From an uncultured Actinomycetota bacterium (GTDB lineage Bacteria > Actinomycetota > Humimicrobiia > Humimicrobiales > Humimicrobiaceae), in the NCBI GenBank assembly GCA_964610385.1, contig CAZSXW010000004.1, forward strand, positions 21,452-85,451: a stretch of DNA of 64,000 nucleotides. Direction: 5' to 3'. Positions 29,640 through 39,424 of the stretch are shown one piece after another. The notes beneath the pieces are model-generated. The model saw only the letters and a program-made list of their open reading frames with translations. It ran no database searches and was not told the origin of the DNA. Made by a program: the position numbers and the translations under genes. Each line of letters starts with the position of its first letter. Position 1 is the first letter of the stretch.

Positions 29640-31814
29640 ATGATAGGAAATAATGGAAATAAAAAAGAAGTTTCAAAAACCTGGAAAGGCAGAATAAAAA
29701 GGGCTCAGAGTTTTGCCATTAAATATTTTTCAGTCAGAAAAAGGTTTGCCCAGAGAATGTATATATTTATTCTAACGCTAGGCCTGGTTATAGCTATACT
29801 TACATATAATTATTCTCCTAATATTGGAATAGAACTTGGCAGTCCCAGCCCAAGGACTATTAAAGCCAACCGGGCGAAAGAATTTGAAGATGTAGAAAAA
29901 ACCGAAGAAGACAGGAACAAGAATGAAGCGGGAGTTGAAGATATATATGTTTATGACATGGAAGCCTTAAGTGGTGAAGAGGGTACTCTTTACCAGATAA
30001 AGTATTTTTATCTTCTTACCGGTATAGTTCAGAAGAAAGAAGATATGTCTTTTGAGGAAAAAGTCGATTATATGGTAAATCTCCTGAATAATGATTATCC
30101 AGATTCTATAATTTCTCTGGCGTTGGAGCTTTCAGTAGAAGATCTTAATCAGCTGATGACAAAGACCCAGGATATAGCACGTGAAATAATGAAAGAAGAA
30201 ATAAAGCCTACCGAGCTGGACTTTGCCAAAAGTAAAGCCGTGACTCTTGCTGAAGCGGATGAGGATATAAAAGATGAGAACATCCCAATAATAAAAAGTG
30301 TTCTTGAAAAAAATATAGTTCCTACGGCGGTATTTGATCCCATTGCTACTGAAAAGGAAAGGGAGGAAGCAAGACTTAACACCGAGCCCCATATGGTGTC
30401 AATACTTGAGGGACAGACCATTGTTTTTGAAGGGGAGATTGTAAATGAAGCTGATATTCTTCTATTGACCGAACTGGGACTTTTGCAGACCGGTTTTAAC
30501 TGGAACAGGTTTTTATATATATTCCTTATATCTTCAATGATACTGGTATTATATGGATTCTACATTTTTAGATTTAATCTAAATACCTTTAACAATACCA
30601 GGAAGTTGATTATTATTTCACTTCTGGTGATCATATTTACTGCACTTATAAAGATACTTACCATACTCTCGTCCATTCATCTAAATTTCTGGGTTTATTT
30701 GTTTCCAATAATTGCCGCATCGTTTATAGCTACTATCTTATTCAATGCACGCATAGCTATGATGCTTACCATCAGTCTGGGGATATTTGCAGGTATTGCT
30801 ACTGATTTTGATTTCAGTTTAGCTATTGTATATACACTCGGGGGCATTTTCTCTACCTATATGGTATCAAAAGTCTCCCAGAGGTCTGAAGTTATGAAAG
30901 CAGGATTCTTAAGCTCTCTGGTCCTTGCTTTTTTATTCTTTGCGATCAGTCTTATCGGCGGTGAAGTGCAGACTATTATATTAAATACCGTGCTGGGAAT
31001 AGTAAATGGCATTATATGTGCTATTATTGCCATCGGTCTCCTGCCGTTTATTGAATCTACTTTTAATGTGGTGACAGCAATGAGATTGCTGGAACTTTCC
31101 CATACTGATCAGCCACTGCTTAAAAAGCTGCTCATATCGGCTCCCGGTACTTATAATCACAGTATTTTAGTAGGGCATCTGGCTGAAAATGCAGCCAAGG
31201 CCATAGATGCTGATTCACTGCTGGTAAAAGTTGCGGCGTTGTATCATGACCTTGGAAAAATAAAGAGACCCGAGTATTTTTATGAGAATCAGGCAGACCT
31301 TGAAAACATACATGACCGTTTGAACCCTTCTATGAGTAGAAATATAATATCAAGTCATATAAAAGACGGCCTGGAAATGGCGCAAAAAGCTAAAATACCA
31401 AGGAAGGTCTTAAATATTATATCCCAGCATCATGGAAATTCTATAATAAAATATTTTTACAGGAAGCAGAAGGATAGAGAGAATAACGGAAACAATTACA
31501 CGAACGGCCTTAAGGAACATTTTAGGTATCCTGCAAAAAGACCACAGAGCAAGGAGGCCGCCATTCTTATGCTGGCAGATTCGACTGAAGCTGCAGTAAG
31601 GTCTATTGATAATATCAGTGCCAAAAAGATAGAACAGATGGTTAATGATATTTTTGAGGATAAACTAAAGGACGGCCAGCTGAACGAGACAAATATTACT
31701 TTAAAGGAAATAGATGAGGTCAGAAAGTCACTGATAGATGGCCTTATATCTATTTATCATTCACGGCTTTCATATGCTGAATCTGATATAAAAGAAAAGG
31801 TGGAAGCAAAATGA
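29640..31814 (+). CDS. pgpH: 7TM-HD membrane phosphohydrolase PgpH (HDIG domain; c-di-AMP phosphodiesterase family)
   Basis: An extracellular domain, seven transmembrane helices and a C-terminal HD domain (HSILVGHLAE...YHDLGK). Confidence 0.8.
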   Translation: MIGNNGNKKEVSKTWKGRIKRAQSFAIKYFSVRKRFAQRMYIFILTLGLVIAILTYNYSPNIGIELGSPSPRTIKANRAKEFEDVEKTEEDRNKNEAGVEDIYVYDMEALSGEEGTLYQIKYFYLLTGIVQKKEDMSFEEKVDYMVNLLNNDYPDSIISLALELSVEDLNQLMTKTQDIAREIMKEEIKPTELDFAKSKAVTLAEADEDIKDENIPIIKSVLEKNIVPTAVFDPIATEKEREEARLNTEPHMVSILEGQTIVFEGEIVNEADILLLTELGLLQTGFNWNRFLYIFLISSMILVLYGFYIFRFNLNTFNNTRKLIIISLLVIIFTALIKILTILSSIHLNFWVYLFPIIAASFIATILFNARIAMMLTISLGIFAGIATDFDFSLAIVYTLGGIFSTYMVSKVSQRSEVMKAGFLSSLVLAFLFFAISLIGGEVQTIILNTVLGIVNGIICAIIAIGLLPFIESTFNVVTAMRLLELSHTDQPLLKKLLISAPGTYNHSILVGHLAENAAKAIDADSLLVKVAALYHDLGKIKRPEYFYENQADLENIHDRLNPSMSRNIISSHIKDGLEMAQKAKIPRKVLNIISQHHGNSIIKYFYRKQKDRENNGNNYTNGLKEHFRYPAKRPQSKEAAILMLADSTEAAVRSIDNISAKKIEQMVNDIFEDKLKDGQLNETNITLKEIDEVRKSLIDGLISIYHSRLSYAESDIKEKVEAK

Positions 31815-32275
31815 AAGTGTCCCTGATCAATAAGCAGAATAAAGTAAACATTGATCTGGACTTGATAAGAAAAACTGTAGATTATATATCTAATAAATTT
31901 GACAGGGATCCCAAAAGCGAATTGAATGTTGTATTCATAGACTGCAAAGGTATAAAAGAGTTAAATAAAAAATACAGGAATATGGATAAAGAAACTGATG
32001 TTCTATCGTTTTCATATATTTCTGATGGGGAAAAGATGAATCCCGTGGCGGGTGATTTTACTGTTGGAGAAATAATTGTCTGTCCTGAAGTCGCGCTTTC
32101 AAGCATTTCAGGTGAGGATAAAAACTGGAGCCTTAACCTGGAAATAATTCTTCTTATAATACACGGTATATTGCATGTATATAATTACGATCATCGGGAA
32201 GAAAAAGATAAGATGGATATGGAAAGAATCCAGGACAGCCTGATATCCGATGTAAGAAGGACTTTTAACCTCTGA
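31811..32275 (+). CDS. ybeY: rRNA maturation endoribonuclease YbeY
   Basis: 154 aa with a HGILHVYNYDH zinc motif. Confidence 0.85.
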   Translation: MKVSLINKQNKVNIDLDLIRKTVDYISNKFDRDPKSELNVVFIDCKGIKELNKKYRNMDKETDVLSFSYISDGEKMNPVAGDFTVGEIIVCPEVALSSISGEDKNWSLNLEIILLIIHGILHVYNYDHREEKDKMDMERIQDSLISDVRRTFNL

Positions 32276-32327
32276 TTATCTTTATCATAAAATAATTAAT
32301 AGCTCCTCACTATCTATTATATGCAGT

Positions 32328-32879
32328 TTATTTAGACGTGAAAGATTTTTGAAATTGATTTTGCCGGCTTTCCATCTCTTCCCATATATATGAAGGGACC
32401 ATTTTTCTTAGATAGTCGGTAACTTTCCCGGTCTTTTTAATATCTTCACTTCTCAATTCAGATTCTCCCGGTATCTTATATTCACTACCATCGGCTGTGA
32501 TTGTGATGGAGCTGAAGCTTCCTCCTTCAGCTATTTCATTGGTTGTCTCCCATTGGTCCTTTAGTAAATTGTTTTCTATAATCAACTGGTAAAGGTAATC
32601 CACTTGATTCCGGGCGACTTCAAAATTTACTCTCCAGACATCTGGCGCAGGAGGCTCTCCGTAGCCAGGCTGATATTCAAATGTTCCTTTTAGACCAGGG
32701 CCTATAGTTATTCTGTAGTAATAATAATATTCCGGCGATAATGTACCTGTATCCCAGTATAGTTTGACAGTCAGATCTTCAGCAGGCTCACGTGTATTGG
32801 TACATCCGGTAATATTAATTATCAGGACTGCCAGCAGTAATACAGTAGAGAATATGATTTTAGTATTAATAATTTTCAT
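32328..32879 (-). CDS. Hypothetical lipoprotein
   Basis: A signal peptide with a lipobox (ITGC) and no recognisable catalytic motif. Confidence 0.5.
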   Translation of the reverse strand: MKIINTKIIFSTVLLLAVLIINITGCTNTREPAEDLTVKLYWDTGTLSPEYYYYYRITIGPGLKGTFEYQPGYGEPPAPDVWRVNFEVARNQVDYLYQLIIENNLLKDQWETTNEIAEGGSFSSITITADGSEYKIPGESELRSEDIKKTGKVTDYLRKMVPSYIWEEMESRQNQFQKSFTSK

Positions 32880-33026
32880 AATAATTATTTTATTTACATA
32901 TTAATACAATATTTTAACAATTATTTACAAAAATTAAAAATAGTAGTTTAATATAAGTTTATAAAACAAGATTATTTAAATAATTTAAATATAAATTAAT
33001 TCTATAAAAGGAAGTGTGAGAGAAAT

Positions 33027-34316
33027 ATGAAAAAAGTAAATTTGAAAAGATGTTTAGTAATATTATTATCAGTAGTTTTCATTTCATGTCCGACATATTT
33101 TACCATTTCTTGTACGCCAGAGCTTTATTTTGGAGATTTGACAGTTAGTAAGAATATAAATCAAGAAACATTTGAGCCGATAGGTGTAAAAGATGAGTTT
33201 GATATTGGAATAGAAAAAATATATGTAACTATAAATTATTCTGGCGTGAAGGGTGAAGATAATTATCGCTATAAATGGACATATTTGGAAACCGGGGAAA
33301 ATATTTTAGATGAGACTTTAAAATATTCCGAAGGTAAAAGCAGCTATTTTGAAGGGTACGCTATGTCTTGTATTTCAACAAATGATGAAGTTAAAGTGTT
33401 ACCTCCAGGGGATTATAAGGTAGAGTTCTACTATAATGGCGAATTAAAAAGCACGACAAATTTTATGATTAAAGAAGCCGAGATAAAAATCATAGAAGTT
33501 TCACTGGCAAACGAAGTAGACGAAAATTCTGCTCCTGTAAATAAAACACAACAGTTTACTTCAACCGAGGTCGTATATGCGTGTGTCAATATTAATTATT
33601 ATATTTCGGGGAATAGTCTCAAGGCAAAATGGTATGATAGCAATGAAAATTTAATAATAGAAACTGTAAATGATCTGGAAGTGGATTTGTATGAACCTGC
33701 ATGGATTGCATTTACTTTACAGGGAGAAGGTAGGGATATGCCGGCCGGTAACTATAATGTGGAGATATGTTTAAATAATGATTCATATGGTACATATGAT
33801 TTTGAAGTCAGTGAAGATCGGGGAGCAGGAACTGGAGAAGAAATTTTTTCCCAGGGGAATATATATTCTAATGATAAATACAGTGTATCATTTTCTGTAC
33901 CGGACAATTGGGCATATACGGAATCAGATGATGCCGACGGTCTTGAAGTAAATTTGACTACGCAGTCCGGTGATTTGCCAATAGCTTTTCTTTTTATGGC
34001 AAGTTCTACAAGCGACTATCCTCCAAGCGATCAATTTCGCGATTTTGCAGATGATTTAAGTTCTGATATCGCAGATGAAAATAATTGGGAATTTGTTAAT
34101 GTGCAGGAGAATGAGTTTAAAAATGAAAATAATATAACATTCCATGATTTTATATATGTATTTAAGGATCAGGATAATAATGAGTGGGCCATAGCTGTAG
34201 CATTCTTCGAAGGTAATGACAGGCTTTACATACTAATAGGTACGGTAATGGATGATTATTTTGAGATGGGAGAATCTGTATATAATGGTATCACAGGAAC
34301 GATGGATTTCAAATAA
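33027..34316 (+). CDS. Hypothetical lipoprotein with two tandem beta-rich repeat domains of about 100 aa
   Basis: A signal peptide ending in SC. Internal repeats are visible (IEKIYVTINYSG...YKWTY...LPPGDYKVEFYY against TEVVYACVNINYY...AKWYD...MPAGNYNVEICL). Confidence 0.5.
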   Translation: MKKVNLKRCLVILLSVVFISCPTYFTISCTPELYFGDLTVSKNINQETFEPIGVKDEFDIGIEKIYVTINYSGVKGEDNYRYKWTYLETGENILDETLKYSEGKSSYFEGYAMSCISTNDEVKVLPPGDYKVEFYYNGELKSTTNFMIKEAEIKIIEVSLANEVDENSAPVNKTQQFTSTEVVYACVNINYYISGNSLKAKWYDSNENLIIETVNDLEVDLYEPAWIAFTLQGEGRDMPAGNYNVEICLNNDSYGTYDFEVSEDRGAGTGEEIFSQGNIYSNDKYSVSFSVPDNWAYTESDDADGLEVNLTTQSGDLPIAFLFMASSTSDYPPSDQFRDFADDLSSDIADENNWEFVNVQENEFKNENNITFHDFIYVFKDQDNNEWAIAVAFFEGNDRLYILIGTVMDDYFEMGESVYNGITGTMDFK

Positions 34317-34383
34317 GATGTAAATATAGAAATCTTTAAATAATAATTTAAAGGAAAATAAAAAAGAATTTAGGTATTAACAT

Positions 34384-35454
34384 ATGAAAGATAAAAAGAA
34401 GAGAATCTGCATGATTTTAATAGGTGTTTTATTATTACTTTCATTTCAACTTACTTCATGCAGCTTAGTCGAAGGAATAAAAGGGATTTTAGAAGGATTT
34501 GAGTTTGGTAAAAACGGATCTGAAGAAACCATATCTTCGACCGAAACTGCTCAAGATGAAGATCTGGATAATACTCTGCCTGATGATCTGGAAAAGAGTG
34601 AGGATATAAAAGCCAGTGATCATCCTGAGACAGTGGCTGGTTCAGAATCCGAAGATGAAGAATCTTATACGATTACTCCCGCAGATAAAAAGGGAATGAA
34701 AAGCAAAGTTGAAACAGAAAATTATGTATTTTATTTTAACGATATAAATGAAGAATTTTTAAGTATTTATATAAGAATAGCTGAAGATGGAAATGAAGGT
34801 TTAAAAACAATTTTTGGAGAAGCTCTGGAGAAAAAAATAGAGATTTTTTTATGCCAGGATCCAGAGGAATATAAAACGGCGTCAGATGGGATCACCCCTC
34901 CTGGTTTTGATGGAAGTGAACCGGCAGGTCAGGCAATAAGTGGAGCTGTCTATATGTATAAAGCAGAAGAATTTAAACCCGGTCCTGGAGATGCAGATGA
35001 AATTTTAAGCTATAAAATAGCTCTTCTGCATGAGATAGGGCATGCCTATTATTATACCTTATATCCAAATGCAGCAAGAAAAAATGAATGGCTGAATGAG
35101 TCGCTGGCTGATAAATCGACCATGGGCCAGGAAATTCCACTTTACTCAATAAGTAACGATTCTTTAAAAAATATTATTGCCAGAGGGGATTTTATACCTC
35201 TTTCCGAACTGGAAAACAAAGGGGATAGAACCATTGGTCAGGATAATGATGTATTCTTGGAATATATATCATTTGTGAACTTTATTTGTCTGAAGTTTGG
35301 CTTTGATGCTTTAAACCTACTTCTTAAAGAATATAATGGACCGAGTGACCTCTTGGCTTCTCTTGAAACTGCTACCAAAACGGATTTCAGTTCTTTTGAG
35401 CAGAGGTGGATGGATATAATTCAGAATGCCTCTGCATCTGGTGGAAACGACTAA
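34384..35454 (+). CDS. Secreted lipoprotein with an HExxH zinc-metallopeptidase motif (LLHEIGHAYYY)
   Basis: A signal peptide with lipobox (LTSC), an acidic linker and a single HEIGH motif. The peptidase family is unidentified. Confidence 0.45.
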   Translation: MKDKKKRICMILIGVLLLLSFQLTSCSLVEGIKGILEGFEFGKNGSEETISSTETAQDEDLDNTLPDDLEKSEDIKASDHPETVAGSESEDEESYTITPADKKGMKSKVETENYVFYFNDINEEFLSIYIRIAEDGNEGLKTIFGEALEKKIEIFLCQDPEEYKTASDGITPPGFDGSEPAGQAISGAVYMYKAEEFKPGPGDADEILSYKIALLHEIGHAYYYTLYPNAARKNEWLNESLADKSTMGQEIPLYSISNDSLKNIIARGDFIPLSELENKGDRTIGQDNDVFLEYISFVNFICLKFGFDALNLLLKEYNGPSDLLASLETATKTDFSSFEQRWMDIIQNASASGGND

Positions 35455-35575
35455 AAATTTTATTTTCTTTTATCTACAAAACATTTCTTGATGAAGGCAT
35501 AGCTATTGACAAATAATGTAAAATTGGTAGTAGATATACCTTTTTTGTTTAAATTTTTAAATATTAGTTTCTAGT

Positions 35576-36046
35576 ATGAAGAATATACTTATAAAAGAGA
35601 TAAATGATTTTGACTGGAAACTAATAAGCAGGATTGAAAAAATAGAAAAGAGGAATCTGGGGGGCAAAGCTTCAGTAAACCGTTGGGTAATACCGGTAAT
35701 AATAAGGTACGGGAAATTCATTGTAGCCCAAAAAGGAAAAAATGACTCTGATATTATCGGAGTTTGCGAGCTTATAAGAGACTATAGGTTAAAAGACAGG
35801 ATTTTTATTTTTTCTTTTTATATCGACAGGTATTACAGAAAGAAAGGAATCGGTAAAAAGCTTCTGGGAAAAGTAATTGATATCTTGAAGGATGAAGGTT
35901 TTGCAGAAGTAGAACTGACTGTAGATCCTGATAATAAAAGTGCTGTTGTCCTTTATAAAGGGTTTGGTTTTAAGAAGGTCGCTTTAAGAGAGGATGAATA
36001 CGGCAGGGGAGAAAACAGGGATTTGATGAGGTTGAAGATAAGATGA
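35576..36046 (+). CDS. GNAT-family N-acetyltransferase
   Basis: 156 aa with an acetyl-CoA binding motif (RKKGIGKKLL). Confidence 0.75.
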   Translation: MKNILIKEINDFDWKLISRIEKIEKRNLGGKASVNRWVIPVIIRYGKFIVAQKGKNDSDIIGVCELIRDYRLKDRIFIFSFYIDRYYRKKGIGKKLLGKVIDILKDEGFAEVELTVDPDNKSAVVLYKGFGFKKVALREDEYGRGENRDLMRLKIR

Positions 36047-36948
36047 AAAAAAACGGTTTTAAATCAGGTTTTATTGGTCTTGTTGGAAGGACAAATGTAG
36101 GAAAATCTACGCTGATAAATAAAATTTTAGATAATAAAGTAGTCATTACATCAGATAAAGCCCAGACTACAAGGAGCAGGATAAACTGCATTTTGAATAC
36201 CAAAAATTCCCAGATGATTTTTATTGACTGTCCGGGTTTCTTCAAACCCAGAAACCTACTGGGAGAAAAATTAAACAATATAGTATTAAGTGTCATCGGT
36301 GATTCTGACCTGATTGCGGTGATGGTGGATGTTGCAGGGGGTATTGGTTCCGGGGATTTTTATATTTTTAAACATGTAAAAAATAGGCCGCAGCCAAAAA
36401 TACTTCTGTTGAATAAGATAGATCTGGTTTCAAAACAGAAAATAAAAAAGGAAAAAGAGAAGCTGAGCGGCTATGAATTTTTTAACTGTATGCATGAAAT
36501 TTCTGCAAAGACAGGCCAAAACGTTAATGAATTCCTGGAGAAACTGACAGAGAGTCTTACTGAAGGACCCAGATATTACGGAAAAGGTACCATTACAGAC
36601 CAGCCGACAGAAGAAATGATTGCCGAGATCGTAAGAGAGAAGTTATACAAGAATCTATATGATGAGCTTCCCTATAGTATAAATGTCAGGGTGGAAAGCC
36701 TTAACGAATCCACTACTGGAGATGGTATAAAATTAATCAGCATCAGGTGCTGTATTTATGCTGAAAGGAACTCACAAAAGACGATAATAATAGGTAAGTC
36801 GGGTAGTATGCTCAAGAAAGTAGGTAGACAGTCCAGGCTGGAACTTGAGAGTATATTCGGCTGCAAGGTCTTTCTGGAATTGTGGGTAAAGATTGAAAAA
36901 AATTGGACCAGGAAAAAGCTGCTACTGGACCGGTTCGGCTATAGGTAA
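36043..36948 (+). CDS. era: GTPase Era
   Basis: G1 (GRTNVGKST), G3 (DCPG) and G4 (NKID) motifs plus a KH domain. Confidence 0.9.
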   Translation: MKKNGFKSGFIGLVGRTNVGKSTLINKILDNKVVITSDKAQTTRSRINCILNTKNSQMIFIDCPGFFKPRNLLGEKLNNIVLSVIGDSDLIAVMVDVAGGIGSGDFYIFKHVKNRPQPKILLLNKIDLVSKQKIKKEKEKLSGYEFFNCMHEISAKTGQNVNEFLEKLTESLTEGPRYYGKGTITDQPTEEMIAEIVREKLYKNLYDELPYSINVRVESLNESTTGDGIKLISIRCCIYAERNSQKTIIIGKSGSMLKKVGRQSRLELESIFGCKVFLELWVKIEKNWTRKKLLLDRFGYR

Positions 36949-36983
36949 ATGAAATTATTATATTAAGTATAAATCAAGGTAGG

Positions 36984-37694
36984 GTGATAAATACGTTAAC
37001 TAAAGAACAATTAGCCAAGACCATAGACCAGACTTTGCTTAATCCCATCGCGACTTCAAAGGATATAGAACAGCTGTGTATCAATGCTAAAAAAAATCAT
37101 TTTGCTGCAGTTGTAGTAAATCCTGCCTATATATCACAAGCAAATAAAATACTTTCTGATACCGATGTCAAAGTCTGTTCTGTTGTAGGTTACCCGCTGG
37201 GTGCAAATACCACCGAGACCAAAGTGTTTGAAGCAAGGGATAATGTTAGAAAAGGTGCCGATGAGCTTGATATGGTCATAAATCTGGGGGCAATAAAAAG
37301 TGGGAACTATGAGTATATCGAAAGAGAGATAAGAATAATAGTTAATGTAATAAGGCGGGAGCAGATAGCTGAGTACAACCGACATATCAATATCAAAGTC
37401 ATAATAGAAACTGCTATCTTGACCAGGGATGAGATCAAGAGAGTGTGTTCCATTATTGAAAGGTCAGGTGCCGATTTTGTAAAGACATCTACCGGATTTG
37501 GAGTAAAAGGCGTGGAGCTTGATGATATCCGTCTTATAAGGGAAGTGGTCACAAGAAATATAGGAGTAAAGGCATCAGGTGGAATAAGGACATTCAGTGA
37601 TGCCCAGGCCCTAATAGATGCGGGAGCAACGAGGCTCGGTACCAGCAGTGGAATAAATATAATCAAAGAGTACAGCGCTATTTTTGATAAATAA
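36984..37694 (+). CDS. deoC: Deoxyribose-phosphate aldolase (GTG start)
   Basis: A DeoC TIM barrel with the Schiff-base lysine region (VKASGGIRT). Confidence 0.8.
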   Translation: MINTLTKEQLAKTIDQTLLNPIATSKDIEQLCINAKKNHFAAVVVNPAYISQANKILSDTDVKVCSVVGYPLGANTTETKVFEARDNVRKGADELDMVINLGAIKSGNYEYIEREIRIIVNVIRREQIAEYNRHINIKVIIETAILTRDEIKRVCSIIERSGADFVKTSTGFGVKGVELDDIRLIREVVTRNIGVKASGGIRTFSDAQALIDAGATRLGTSSGINIIKEYSAIFDK

Positions 37695-37696
37695 AA

Positions 37697-38479
37697 ATGT
37701 CCTATTATAAGGCCAAGGCTATCATATTAAAATCATATAAATTAGGGGAATCGGACAAGATTATTAAAATGTATTCCTATGACGGAGATGTGATAAGTGC
37801 GGTGGCCAAGGGATCAAGGAAGATACATAGTAAGTTAAGGGGAAGGCTTGAACTTTTTAATCTTGTAGATATGGAGCTTTCCAGGGGAAGAAACCTGGAT
37901 GTCATAAATCAGGCAGAGATAATAAAAAGCTTTAAAAATATAGCCCAGGATTTTTATAAATTTGTCTTCTGCGAGATAATAAGCAAAATAATATTGAAAA
38001 CCCAGGCTTCAGGCGGGGACTCATCCCCGCTTCTTTTTAAGTTGATCTATGTCTGTTTTAATGAGGTTGACAGTATGGAGCCGGAGGACATAGTTTCACT
38101 GAAAAAGATAATGTGTTTTTTTAACATCAAGTTTTTGAAGGTCACAGGATATATACCGCTTCTAAAAAACTGCAGCAGGTGCAACCAGGATTTAAGTGAT
38201 CTATATTCTCTCGGCAGACACAAGATATTCTTTTCGGTCAAAGAGGGGGGAGTCCTCTGTAAGAAGTGTGCTAATTTTATAGGAGACAAGGAGGTGCTGA
38301 GTGCATCGGACTACAGGTTTTTATGTGATCTTTTTAATCTAAAGATAGAGGATTTCAGGGATATTGAAGTGAATCCCCATACACTTAAAAAAATGTACAG
38401 GCTGATAGAAAACTATATAGTCTATCACACGGAATGTAATGTCGATAGTTTTAAATATTTAAAAAAAATAGGATTGTAG
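37697..38479 (+). CDS. recO: DNA repair protein RecO
   Basis: 260 aa with an OB-fold N-terminus and a C-terminal Cys4 zinc motif (CSRC...CKKC), in era-recO synteny. Confidence 0.8.
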   Translation: MSYYKAKAIILKSYKLGESDKIIKMYSYDGDVISAVAKGSRKIHSKLRGRLELFNLVDMELSRGRNLDVINQAEIIKSFKNIAQDFYKFVFCEIISKIILKTQASGGDSSPLLFKLIYVCFNEVDSMEPEDIVSLKKIMCFFNIKFLKVTGYIPLLKNCSRCNQDLSDLYSLGRHKIFFSVKEGGVLCKKCANFIGDKEVLSASDYRFLCDLFNLKIEDFRDIEVNPHTLKKMYRLIENYIVYHTECNVDSFKYLKKIGL

Positions 38480-38541
38480 TGTCGATTTATCGCTGCCGGT
38501 ACAATTGACTATTAAAACTAATATTATTAAAATAAGAAACT

Positions 38542-39414
38542 ATGAATTTCCAGGACATCATTTTTAATCTTCAGAAATACTGGGCTGACAGCGGCTGTAT
38601 CATAAAACAACCTATGGATCTGGAAAAAGGGGCCGGCACCTTCAATCCTGATACTTTCCTGCGGTGTCTGGGGCCAGAACCATGGAATGTTGCATATGTT
38701 GAGCCAAGCAGACGGCCTACGGATGGAAGATACGGTGAAAATCCTTTCAGGACTCAGTTCTATTACCAGTTCCAGGTGTTGTTAAAGCCTTCTCCGGATA
38801 ATGTGATAGACATTTATCTCGGTTCTCTTAAAAATTTGGGAATCGATCTGAAGTCACATGATATCAGGTTTGTGGAGGACGACTGGCAGTCTCCGACAAT
38901 TGGTGCTGCCGGTCTGGGCTGGGAAGTATGGGCGGATGGAATGGAGATCACCCAGTTCACCTATTTTCAACAGATGGGAGGCCTTTCCCTGAAGCCTGTT
39001 TCAGCAGAAATAACTTACGGGCTGGAGAGGATTGCGATGTACCTCCAGGACAAGGACAGTTTCTGGGAGTTAAACTGGTCCAGCGGCACCACCTATGGGG
39101 ATATACATCTTGAATCGGAGAAGCAGTGGTCTGTTTATAATTTTGAAATAGCTACTGTGGATATGCTTGTGGATCTGTTTAAGAAATATGAAGAAGAATT
39201 TAAAAAAGTGATGAACAGGAGGCTTGTTTTCGTAGGATGTGAATATGTCCTTAAATGCTCGCATGTTTTTAATCTGCTTGATGCCAGGGAAGCAATAAGT
39301 GTGGCAGAAAGGACTTTATATATTGCAAGAGTGAGGAATCTTGCCAAGATCCTGTGCTCCGAGTATATCAGGCAGAGAGAGGAACTGGGATATCCCCTAT
39401 TAAAAAAGAAATAG
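38542..39414 (+). CDS. glyQ: Glycine--tRNA ligase alpha subunit
   Basis: 290 aa of the highly conserved GlyQ sequence. Confidence 0.95.
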   Translation: MNFQDIIFNLQKYWADSGCIIKQPMDLEKGAGTFNPDTFLRCLGPEPWNVAYVEPSRRPTDGRYGENPFRTQFYYQFQVLLKPSPDNVIDIYLGSLKNLGIDLKSHDIRFVEDDWQSPTIGAAGLGWEVWADGMEITQFTYFQQMGGLSLKPVSAEITYGLERIAMYLQDKDSFWELNWSSGTTYGDIHLESEKQWSVYNFEIATVDMLVDLFKKYEEEFKKVMNRRLVFVGCEYVLKCSHVFNLLDAREAISVAERTLYIARVRNLAKILCSEYIRQREELGYPLLKKK

Positions 39415-39424
39415 TAAATAAAAT

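Noticed and set aside
38480-38541. T-box leader upstream of glyQS
   Set aside because: The intergenic space is only about 60 bp, too short for a T-box, and no specifier or T-box motifs are present.
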